Virus record (IMG/VR): IMGVR_UViG_3300037962_000142
Location: 1-34,856 of that record
Origin: a virus
Taxonomy: Duplodnaviria; Caudoviricetes
DNA length: 34,856 nt
Reading direction: 5' to 3' (one strand)
The position numbers and the translations under genes are program-made. The number at the start of each line of letters is the position of its first letter. Position 1 is the first letter of the stretch. The notes beneath the pieces were generated by a model. It searched no databases and was not told the origin of the DNA. It saw nothing but the letters and a program-made list of their open reading frames with translations. Below are positions 1 to 8,052 of this stretch, piece after piece.

Positions 1-2487
1 TAAGGTATCCAGTACCCTGACCCGGATGTCATCCAGACCCATTCCCTTTAGATCATTTGACAGCGCATCTTCAAGATTCTTAGCTTCTTCTGAAACCTTT
101 TCTTCGTAAGGCTTTATCTCTGGAACAAATGGTTCCGCCGGGGCAGGGAGCGCGGGGCGAACAGACACCTCGTCCCTGTTGTTAATAAGACCCGCCTTTT
201 GAATATCTTTCCGTAGAGCAGAAGCAACTGTTCTGATCCGCTTGGTTGATCCTATATCCCCAAGGATGCTCTCAATGTTTTCTACTGTGCCGTCACCAGT
301 CTCAGAAACGTGCCGAACTGCGGCGTTGTACTGAGTCCTTGTGTAAGGTCTCGGCCTGAAATCAGGGATCGACACCGCGCCCTGAACTACCGGGAACTTT
401 TTGATCTCATTGACGAGATACATGCGCTGAGAAGGAGTCATCTTTCCTACATCAGACTCCCCAACGATCTTCTCAAAAATGTATTTAACTTCAGGAGAGC
501 TAGCGTCAGACATAATGTTTTTGCTGACCAGCGACCGCTTCACTTCAGCTAACGTTCTGCGCTCATCCTGATACTCCTGTCTACTCTTTGCTAATCGAGC
601 ACCAACAGTCCCAAAGTCCTCAAGAATTTGATCCTGACTGGGAGCTTTGACCCCCAGCAAGACATCAAATACTTTTGTATATCTATCCCCTAATACTTGC
701 TTGGCCTCATCAAGGCTGAACTCTTCAGCTTCGCGAAGCCCCTTCTTTCTACGCTCAAAATTAATCTGCTGGGCCGCTGTGAGATTAGACAACGGGCGAT
801 ATAACTTCTCTCCCCTGTCTGTATATGGCGGGACGCCATACTGAAGGGTGTGAAGCTGATCTATAGATTTGTCTTCCCTGTAAGGAGAACTGGGAGACTG
901 AATCGTGCCCGCAGCCTCATTGAGTACGGCTGCATTAATAGAAAATGTTTGAGGTCTATTTAGCTTCTGCCCAATAACGTATAAAGACTCCGCTTGTTTT
1001 GGGGTATACGCTTCAGGAGAAAGGTCCAAAGAATCAATGACAGCACTATTAATCCTCCGGTTAAATATCTGCTGGTTAAGATTAGCCATCAAATGAATAG
1101 CACCCTCTCTTTCTTGAAAGGGTTGGCCAAACTGCTGCCCAGTTTCAGAATGAACTGCCTTGAACACAGGGCCTTCTGGCGTCATTTCCTCTGCAACATC
1201 AAACTTGCCTACATCGGGAAACCCTTCGGCAGACTTGACTGCATTATTTGCAAGCTGATTGGAATAGTTATATGTAGCTTCAGCCAGTTGACTAGGGGTC
1301 ATCCTTGCAGGGTCTATGACTCCCCCAACAAACTGCTGAACCGGGTCATACCTTACTTCTTCCCTTGCAACCGCAGCCTGTTCAGCATCAAATGCCGCTT
1401 CATCTCCCTCCAAAACAGCATCTAATTCAGCTTTTCTTTGGGCTTGATCTGTTTTCTCAGCAACTACTTTCGCTCTTTCTGCATCTTCATAAAACGACTC
1501 AGCCGCTTCAGCTTCTGATGCCCTAAGCGCAGCTTCTTTTTCAACCTCAGATTCGCGCATAGCGTTAGCTCTGCGCCTGTATACCCCCGTCGTAATGGCA
1601 TCAAGCAGAGCGCCAGCCCCGGCACCTACGGTAAAGTCATCCCAAAGAGTGTCACCATAAGTAACCTCATCAGAATAAACTGCATCCTCGACAGCACTTT
1701 GAGCAAGAGAAGCCACAACCTCTTGGGCTCCCTCAAAGGCCCCGGCCCTCATCATGCTTTTTACGGCACTAAAAGCTTCTTCGCTCTTAACAGGGTCTCT
1801 GAATCGCCTAATCTTTTTCAAGATAGATAGCGGTGCAAGTGCCTCAGACGATCCAATCAGGCCACCTAGCGCAATAGCCAAGTCTTCCTGACCAGCAGAT
1901 ACATCTTCGCCTCTCGCTCTTGCAGCAGCCACCCTGTCGGCTTGCTCTGACGCCCCAGCGCCTACACCAGCACCTACCGTGGCAGAGGTTCCCGCAATCC
2001 CAGCGGCTCTAGCGCCCGCACCTAATAACGAAGCACCTCTGGCCGCCCCCAAACCGGGAACAAAAAAGGAGCCTATTGAGCCCAGACCTTCGCTAAGCTT
2101 TACGAGGTAGTTATCTTTGTATAAATCCCCGACACCCAGACTTTCATTGAGTGCTTGCTTGCCTTCATTGGCTAAGCGAATAAGCTCGTTTTCATTACCA
2201 CTGTCTATTAAATCCTCAAGACCTATAAGGTCTGTTCCGACATCCGCAAGCTCGGCCAGACCCGCCCCAGCGGAAAGCAACCCAGACCCAAATCCGCGAG
2301 CCACACCCTTACCCATCTCCCCAGTAAGTTCTAGGTAGTTGATGCCTTGGTCTAAGCCAATCTTTTGGTAGTAATCATTTACATCAAGGTCCGAGTAATA
2401 CTTTCTATGAAGCGCATCAGCAAGGTCTTTGTCCGAGATGTTGTCGTACTGAGGATACTTGGTCCTAAAATCTGTTAGCGCAGCCAT
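1..2487 (-). CDS. Large internal virion/ejection protein, 5' part (>829 aa, runs off left edge)
   Basis: Not in the ORF track, presumably because it has no stop in the window. ATG at 2485-2487; I translated parts by hand: MAALTDFRTKYPQYDNISDKDLADALHRKYYSD..., then Gly/Ala-rich hydrophobic segments (GLGSIGSFFVPGLGAARG) and EGAQE, typical of podovirus large ejection proteins. It is last in the ejection-gene series. Confidence 0.8.
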   Translation of the reverse strand, partial: MAALTDFRTKYPQYDNISDKDLADALHRKYYSDLDVNDYYQKIGLDQGINYLELTGEMGKGVARGFGSGLLSAGAGLAELADVGTDLIGLEDLIDSGNENELIRLANEGKQALNESLGVGDLYKDNYLVKLSEGLGSIGSFFVPGLGAARGASLLGAGARAAGIAGTSATVGAGVGAGASEQADRVAAARARGEDVSAGQEDLAIALGGLIGSSEALAPLSILKKIRRFRDPVKSEEAFSAVKSMMRAGAFEGAQEVVASLAQSAVEDAVYSDEVTYGDTLWDDFTVGAGAGALLDAITTGVYRRRANAMRESEVEKEAALRASEAEAAESFYEDAERAKVVAEKTDQAQRKAELDAVLEGDEAAFDAEQAAVAREEVRYDPVQQFVGGVIDPARMTPSQLAEATYNYSNQLANNAVKSAEGFPDVGKFDVAEEMTPEGPVFKAVHSETGQQFGQPFQEREGAIHLMANLNQQIFNRRINSAVIDSLDLSPEAYTPKQAESLYVIGQKLNRPQTFSINAAVLNEAAGTIQSPSSPYREDKSIDQLHTLQYGVPPYTDRGEKLYRPLSNLTAAQQINFERRKKGLREAEEFSLDEAKQVLGDRYTKVFDVLLGVKAPSQDQILEDFGTVGARLAKSRQEYQDERRTLAEVKRSLVSKNIMSDASSPEVKYIFEKIVGESDVGKMTPSQRMYLVNEIKKFPVVQGAVSIPDFRPRPYTRTQYNAAVRHVSETGDGTVENIESILGDIGSTKRIRTVASALRKDIQKAGLINNRDEVSVRPALPAPAEPFVPEIKPYEEKVSEEAKNLEDALSNDLKGMGLDDIRVRVLDTL

Positions 2488-2501
2488 AGGAATCAGTCTG
2501 G

Positions 2502-4937
2502 TCAAATGCCGAGGTTAAGAGGGTCATTTGGATTTGCCCTCGGCGCTGGAACTGAAGCGCCTCCTTGAGTTAAGGCTGTAGAACCCTCGTCCGGCATAAA
2601 CGTCCTCGTAAGCATTTCAATCCGCTCTCTAATCTCTTCTGGAGAAGCCTCTTCATTTTCAAACATCCAGTCCCCAAGGGCCTGCTGAATTGCTGGCTTA
2701 ATCAAATCTAATTGCGCTTTGTCATAATTAAGCTGAGCGATCTCTCCTAGAGCCTTATACCGCAAGATAACAGCTTGCTGGGTAATATTGTCCAGCTTAG
2801 CTTTTCTCTCAGCGGCACTCACAGAATAGGCAGCATCTGCTATTTTGGTTTCCAAGCCGACAGTCTCTCTGAGCACATCCCCCTCTAAACCTAGACGAGA
2901 TAATTCTGCGGCTCGATCAGCGGCATAGTTTTGCAAAGCAACGTCAACATTCCTGTTGTATTCAGCAATGCCTGCTTGCTTACCCATAAGCCCAATATCT
3001 CTATCGGACTCCATTTGGGCGATTTTCATCTGTCGAGATAGTTGATCTTCTGCCCTTGCTTCCTTTCTAGCTTGGCCCATGATCTCGGAGGCCGTGGCCC
3101 CGGCACCCCTTAGAGCGCCAGCAATGTCCCCTTCAGCTATACCTGCGCCAAGCTGGATAAGAGCCTGTGCCCCAGCATCCTTTCGAGCATCATCTCGGAT
3201 TTTTTGGGCCCGCCTTTCTGCTTCAGTAATAAGCTCTGAATAGTCCGACTTAAAATCAGTGAAGTCCGTTAGCCCTTCAGGGCGATCTATTTGATCAATA
3301 ACAGACCCAAAGTCTGCCCTGTTAAAAACAGGACTTGAGCCAAAATTCTTAAGCTCGTTCAAAGTTTCTTGGGCCCTTGAATAGTCGGGCGCAGTAACAC
3401 CAGTAGGCAGTTCAGATACTTGTTTAGCCAAATCCGCAAAGGGACTAGTAGTAGATGATTTAGCTAAATCCCTTTGTGTCTGAACGGCAGCCCCGGTTGT
3501 GTTTGCCGCAGCCTCAACTGTGAGCTTATCGAGCGACTTCGGATCAACCTTCTTAGTATCCGCATCCGTAGCACTGCTTCCGCCAATCAATCCCCCAAAC
3601 AAAGTATTACTGGCTCGGTTAATAAATCCGCCCGTCAAACTATTGTCCCAACTTCGGTCCAACGCGCTCTTCAACGCCCTCGCGCTTTCCATCCTCGCGG
3701 CGGCAAGAGGGGGTATAGAAGGTGACTCGCTTTTTTCTTCAGCAGAAAATCGCGAAGTATCAGGGGGAACTAAATACTTATCTTGGAGCGCATTATGCAG
3801 GTCTATGCGTTTCTGCGTAGCCCCGGGCGTAAAGTTAAATGACGGGGGTCGGCTAGACCACGCACGCGGCGTCCCCGCCGCTTCGTAATACTCATCAAGC
3901 CTTTTTACGATTGAGCTAAAATCAGTACCGGGATACTGTGCAGACAAAGCTCTGTACTGTCGCTCAAGCTCAGCAGCTTGTTCAGGACTAGTTACCCCAC
4001 CACTTGACATGGGCACCACGTTCATTGCCAGTTCATCGCCTTTCGGGCGATACCTTTCAACCAAAGCCTCTCTCATTTTTGAACCGGAATCTCGGTCCAT
4101 AGCTTTTACAGCGTCATATTGCCTCATGAGATCATCAGGGACATTGGCATTGATCAACTCATTTCTATCCATTGAGTCAATCGCTGCATCCATCCGGGCG
4201 TTTAGCTCAGCAACAGTTGCACTTGAAACCCCTGAATCGTATGGCTGGGAATCTGGACGGTCATACTCAAGCCCCAACATTCCAGCCAGACGATCACCGA
4301 CAAAACCCTTGTCAGTCATTCTGTCAAAAGCAGGCTGCAATTCTTGTGGGCCGAACATTTCCAATAGTTCAGAAGCTTTTGCTCCAGAAGGAACGTCAAG
4401 GCCAAGGCTAGGGTACTGACTCCGAACGCCCGCAATTTCATCGTACAGGGGCTCAACATCTTCGTAATTACGAAGCCCGCTTCTAGGGCTAACAGGTAAC
4501 TCAGACAACCTATCCCTTATTGGCTGAACCTGCTCATTAAAAGCAAGAAGCTCTTCTGGATAAGAAGTCATTCCTCCGTCGTTCATACCCATAGGAGGGA
4601 CACCTTGCGGCATCGGCTGTTGCGGAGCAGGCATCTGCGGAGGCATCCCCATAGGAGGCATTCCTCCCGGCTGTGGAGGCATTCCACCAAACTGAGGCGG
4701 CGGCTGCTGAGGCTGTTGATTCCCCATAGCCGCTATGCCGCTGAGTATTTGATCCTTAACAGTACCTTGCGGGGTCTCTTGGTTCTCAGCAGAAAACCTT
4801 TTCCTCATGTCTTGTCGTCTCTGTATTTCAGAAACAACCAGATACTGAGGAAGCTGCCCAGAAGGCTGTTGAGCCTCCCTCATTAAAGCCTGATCAGGCA
4901 AACCTTTTATGAGGTCTTCTTGCTCAAATATATTCAT
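2502..4937 (-). CDS. Internal virion/ejection protein (811 aa)
   Basis: Long ORF coupled to the upstream gene by TAATG. Helical N-terminus, P/Q/M linker, two MxxGGxTS motifs, ALIQLGAGIA segment followed by coiled coil, C-terminal DPLNLGI. Position among ejection genes. Confidence 0.7.
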   Translation of the reverse strand: MNIFEQEDLIKGLPDQALMREAQQPSGQLPQYLVVSEIQRRQDMRKRFSAENQETPQGTVKDQILSGIAAMGNQQPQQPPPQFGGMPPQPGGMPPMGMPPQMPAPQQPMPQGVPPMGMNDGGMTSYPEELLAFNEQVQPIRDRLSELPVSPRSGLRNYEDVEPLYDEIAGVRSQYPSLGLDVPSGAKASELLEMFGPQELQPAFDRMTDKGFVGDRLAGMLGLEYDRPDSQPYDSGVSSATVAELNARMDAAIDSMDRNELINANVPDDLMRQYDAVKAMDRDSGSKMREALVERYRPKGDELAMNVVPMSSGGVTSPEQAAELERQYRALSAQYPGTDFSSIVKRLDEYYEAAGTPRAWSSRPPSFNFTPGATQKRIDLHNALQDKYLVPPDTSRFSAEEKSESPSIPPLAAARMESARALKSALDRSWDNSLTGGFINRASNTLFGGLIGGSSATDADTKKVDPKSLDKLTVEAAANTTGAAVQTQRDLAKSSTTSPFADLAKQVSELPTGVTAPDYSRAQETLNELKNFGSSPVFNRADFGSVIDQIDRPEGLTDFTDFKSDYSELITEAERRAQKIRDDARKDAGAQALIQLGAGIAEGDIAGALRGAGATASEIMGQARKEARAEDQLSRQMKIAQMESDRDIGLMGKQAGIAEYNRNVDVALQNYAADRAAELSRLGLEGDVLRETVGLETKIADAAYSVSAAERKAKLDNITQQAVILRYKALGEIAQLNYDKAQLDLIKPAIQQALGDWMFENEEASPEEIRERIEMLTRTFMPDEGSTALTQGGASVPAPRANPNDPLNLGI

Positions 4938-7540
4938 TAACCTAATCCAGCTAGTGCCCTATAAAGGCCAACGCCACCTATACCCGCGCCTAAAGCCTGA
5001 GACGCAGGGCTCACTGTGGGGCCATATGCAGCCCTAGTCTGCCCCGGCTCAACAGGCAGGCCCCTGAGAATATTGCTAAAGAATGACAATTGCTCCCTCG
5101 GGAACGCTTGCTGTCTCAGGAAATCCTGATAACCCATATCCATGCTGCGCTGACCCATTCCTCGCTGAATCTCACCCGCCGCTTGCAGGTTACGCAACCT
5201 TTCAATAGCCATTGCTTGCTCTCGCTCGCCAAGGTCACCGAGCATTCCGGCAGCACGAAGCTGCTGGTCTCTGGTGGCTTGGTCTGCACTAAGGCCAGCA
5301 AGTCCGAGTCGCGCTGCAGTTTCAGCGGAACTGACATTGAACCTATCAGCAGACATCCGCATTTCATTTGCCGCTCGACGTGCACTGTCTTCCTGCTGCT
5401 GAGCATTAAGACCTAAGCGTGCGGCCTCTTGTCTGGCGCTTTCTGCAGCCTGATAGACGTTTGTCTCTTCTCGCTGCTGAGCAAGTCTGAGTTCTTCGTT
5501 CTGGGCAAACTGCCTTTGACTGAACTCTTCTGCTGCTCTATTGGCCGCATCTTCTTGCTCTTGGGCAGTAAGACCAAGCCTCGCAGCTTCTTGTCGAGCA
5601 TCTTCCTGTATCTGGAATCTTTGTTGCTCAAACTGTTGATACTGCTGACGCCCTTCTTCAGTGATTTGGAAAGCAGATTGCTTGTATTGCTCAGCAGCCT
5701 GCCTTGAAGCCTGCTCTTGCTCTTGTTCGCTAAGCCCAAGCCTTGCTGCTTCTTGCCTTGCTTGCTCTCCAGCGTTAAAGGCTGCTTGCTGGAATTGCTC
5801 CTGCGTTTGTCGTCCAGCTTCAGTCTGCTGGAAAGCCGACTGCCTAAACTCTTCTTCCGCTCTACGAGCAGCTTCCTCTTGCTCTTGAGCATTCAACCCC
5901 AGTCGAGCAGCTTCTTGTTTTGCTTGCTCTCCAGCATTGAAGGCATCTAAGTCAATTCTTTCTTGCGCTACCTGAGCCTCAAGTTGCTGACCCTCTGCGC
6001 TCTGCCTGAATTGCTCTTGAGCCTGATTAGCTGCCTCTTCCTGCTCTTGGGCCGATAACCCTAACCTTGCAGCTTCTTGTCGAGCCTGTTCTCCAACCTG
6101 AAAAACCTGATTGCTCAGTTCTTGCTGCGTTACGCGACCAGCCTCAGTTTGTTGAAAGGCCGACTGCTTGTATTCCTCTTGCGCTCTCCGCGCAGCCTCC
6201 TCTTGTTCCTGAGCACTTAATCCTAAATCAGCGGCCCGTTGGCGAGCACCTTCTCCAGCCTCGTAGGACCGGATTGCCATGTTCTGTTGCTCTTGCCTAG
6301 CTTGCTCAGATGTCTGGAAAGCAGATTGCCTTAATCCTTCTGCCTCTCTTTTTGCCTGATCCTGAGCTTGAGCCTTGCTGAGCCCAAAGTCAGATTCTTG
6401 CAGCCTAGCCGCCCTGTCCGCCTCAAACGTCTGGAGGGCCTGCTGATAAGCAGCCTGACCGCCTCTTGCTTGTATATCGGCTAACTGCTCGCCAAGATTT
6501 CTTTCCCTTTCCGCCTGCATGATGGCTTCTCTGTAACCGCCTAAGCCACCAGCAGATGCTGCCTGTTGAGATATTTGGCTCCCAGTAATGTCAGACTGGC
6601 GACGAGCCTCTCTCTTTTCTATATCCGTAACCAACTGCTGGTACGGATTCATGTACTTTTCTAGTGTTTCAGCATCAGCAACCGTGCCAGCTTCAAAATC
6701 TTTGACAGGACCAAGGTCGCCCGCATACTCGCTTTCTAACTCTCTAGCCGTGTAATCCTGATCAAGTTCTCTCGCGACATACCCGGGGTCAAAAGTGCCT
6801 GCCGTGTAGTCAGATTGTAAATCTCTTGCTCGATAATCCTGAGATATATCTCCGGGGACGTATCCCGGGTCAAAAGTGCCAGCTTCATATTCAGAAGCTC
6901 CCGGCACATCTACTGTTCCGGCAGAAAATTCTCCCGCTTCGTAGCCAGAATCAATGGGGCCAGCCCGATACCGAGAAAATAAATTCCGCGCTCGATACCT
7001 TGGGTCTCTTTGCTGGGCCTCGTAGTCCATAGAAAAATCTGCAGGACGGAGTCCACTAGTAAGTGTCCCGGGGCGATAGGACTGACCAACCCTGCCAGCT
7101 TCGTACCCTGAATCAAACTCAGCAGGGTCATAGCCAGACTGCCGCTGATCCGCTTCGTATCCTTGACCCAACCTTCCAGCCGCATACCCCGGATCGAAAG
7201 TGCCAGCTTGATAATCTGAACGAATCTGTTGGGGGTTAAACCCACCAGCAATGTTCATCCCCATATTGCTGTCTTGATAACCTATTTGAGACGCAATATC
7301 TGAGGCCATCCCCAACTGAGGAGGTGCCCCTGCAGCAGCCATGTCATACATGCCCCGCATGCCCATCTGCTCATAGGGCGTAAAGTCAGCAATTCTTTGC
7401 CCGGTATACCCTTCATAAGGTCGAGCCGTCTCATAGATTGTCCGGCCCAGCATTTCCTCAAAATACGGACGAGCGTATTCCGGGAGATTTGTAGTTATCT
7501 GAGTAACTTCTGATGGACCGCTGCTGCCGCCTTTACTCAT
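4937..7540 (-). CDS. Internal virion/DNA-ejection (pilot-like) protein with 9-aa and 54-aa repeats (867 aa)
   Basis: MSKGG N-terminus, LPEY and YMNPY motifs, Q/A/E-rich helical repeats, C-terminal Gly-rich hydrophobic tail (ALGAGIGGVGLY). Follows the GNAT-like gene, as P22 gene 7 follows gene 14. Confidence 0.75.
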   Translation of the reverse strand: MSKGGSSGPSEVTQITTNLPEYARPYFEEMLGRTIYETARPYEGYTGQRIADFTPYEQMGMRGMYDMAAAGAPPQLGMASDIASQIGYQDSNMGMNIAGGFNPQQIRSDYQAGTFDPGYAAGRLGQGYEADQRQSGYDPAEFDSGYEAGRVGQSYRPGTLTSGLRPADFSMDYEAQQRDPRYRARNLFSRYRAGPIDSGYEAGEFSAGTVDVPGASEYEAGTFDPGYVPGDISQDYRARDLQSDYTAGTFDPGYVARELDQDYTARELESEYAGDLGPVKDFEAGTVADAETLEKYMNPYQQLVTDIEKREARRQSDITGSQISQQAASAGGLGGYREAIMQAERERNLGEQLADIQARGGQAAYQQALQTFEADRAARLQESDFGLSKAQAQDQAKREAEGLRQSAFQTSEQARQEQQNMAIRSYEAGEGARQRAADLGLSAQEQEEAARRAQEEYKQSAFQQTEAGRVTQQELSNQVFQVGEQARQEAARLGLSAQEQEEAANQAQEQFRQSAEGQQLEAQVAQERIDLDAFNAGEQAKQEAARLGLNAQEQEEAARRAEEEFRQSAFQQTEAGRQTQEQFQQAAFNAGEQARQEAARLGLSEQEQEQASRQAAEQYKQSAFQITEEGRQQYQQFEQQRFQIQEDARQEAARLGLTAQEQEDAANRAAEEFSQRQFAQNEELRLAQQREETNVYQAAESARQEAARLGLNAQQQEDSARRAANEMRMSADRFNVSSAETAARLGLAGLSADQATRDQQLRAAGMLGDLGEREQAMAIERLRNLQAAGEIQRGMGQRSMDMGYQDFLRQQAFPREQLSFFSNILRGLPVEPGQTRAAYGPTVSPASQALGAGIGGVGLYRALAGLG
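5295..6328 (-). repeat. Six ~54-aa (162 bp) tandem coding repeats plus a partial copy
   Basis: Recurrent QSAF...ARQEAARLGL[SNT]AQEQE unit; the first unit counts 54 residues. Confidence 0.9.
6725..7216 (-). repeat. 9-aa Tyr-periodic coding repeats (~17 units)
   Basis: YQAGTFDPG / YAAGRLGQG / YEADQRQSG / YDPAEFDSG ... YTAGTFDPG / YVARELDQD / YTARELESE. Confidence 0.85.
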
Positions 7541-8052
7541 TGGTCAAACCTCTTTTCATAAACGACATAAGCCCTGTCGTAATCATCTTGCTTAAGCCAT
7601 TGCCAGAATCCCATTCTGGCGGTGGCCTCAATACCTTGGCAGTTATTGTCTCTTGCCCAGCTATCGAATCTGTCAAGAATGTCCCAGACCCAATCGTTAA
7701 AATTATCCCCGCCTAAAAACTGAATCGCGAGCATTCTTTTGTGTGGGTAATCAACAAGCTCTGTTGTACCAACACCGTCAATCTCTTTGTCTTTATTGAA
7801 TGCAACCCAAAGATGCTGATGTCCATTCAGGATGGCAGAGTACAAAACCTCCATACTCCACCTGCCGTTTGACCTTGCTACCGCCCTAGCTAATTGCTCG
7901 CGTACATCAGGCCACAAGGTATTTAGGTAATTACTGGGAACAAGCGCGATTGTGTGAGTTTGCTCCCCCCTTTCTGACCGGGGCCTAACTTTTGGCTCTC
8001 TCGATATATCTTTGATGTGCAAAAGATCAGCGGCTTTTACTGGCTCATTCAT
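7537..8052 (-). CDS. GNAT-fold virion assembly protein (P22 gp14/T7 gp13-like position)
   Basis: QHLWV...TTELVDYP...FLGG...WARDNNCQGIEATARMGF pattern; located between internal protein genes. Confidence 0.6.
   Translation of the reverse strand: MNEPVKAADLLHIKDISREPKVRPRSERGEQTHTIALVPSNYLNTLWPDVREQLARAVARSNGRWSMEVLYSAILNGHQHLWVAFNKDKEIDGVGTTELVDYPHKRMLAIQFLGGDNFNDWVWDILDRFDSWARDNNCQGIEATARMGFWQWLKQDDYDRAYVVYEKRFDQ

Noticed and set aside
310-2338. Plus-strand ORFs at 310, 647, 994 and 2117
   Set aside because: Antisense to the long minus-strand ORF 1-2487; no recognisable motifs.
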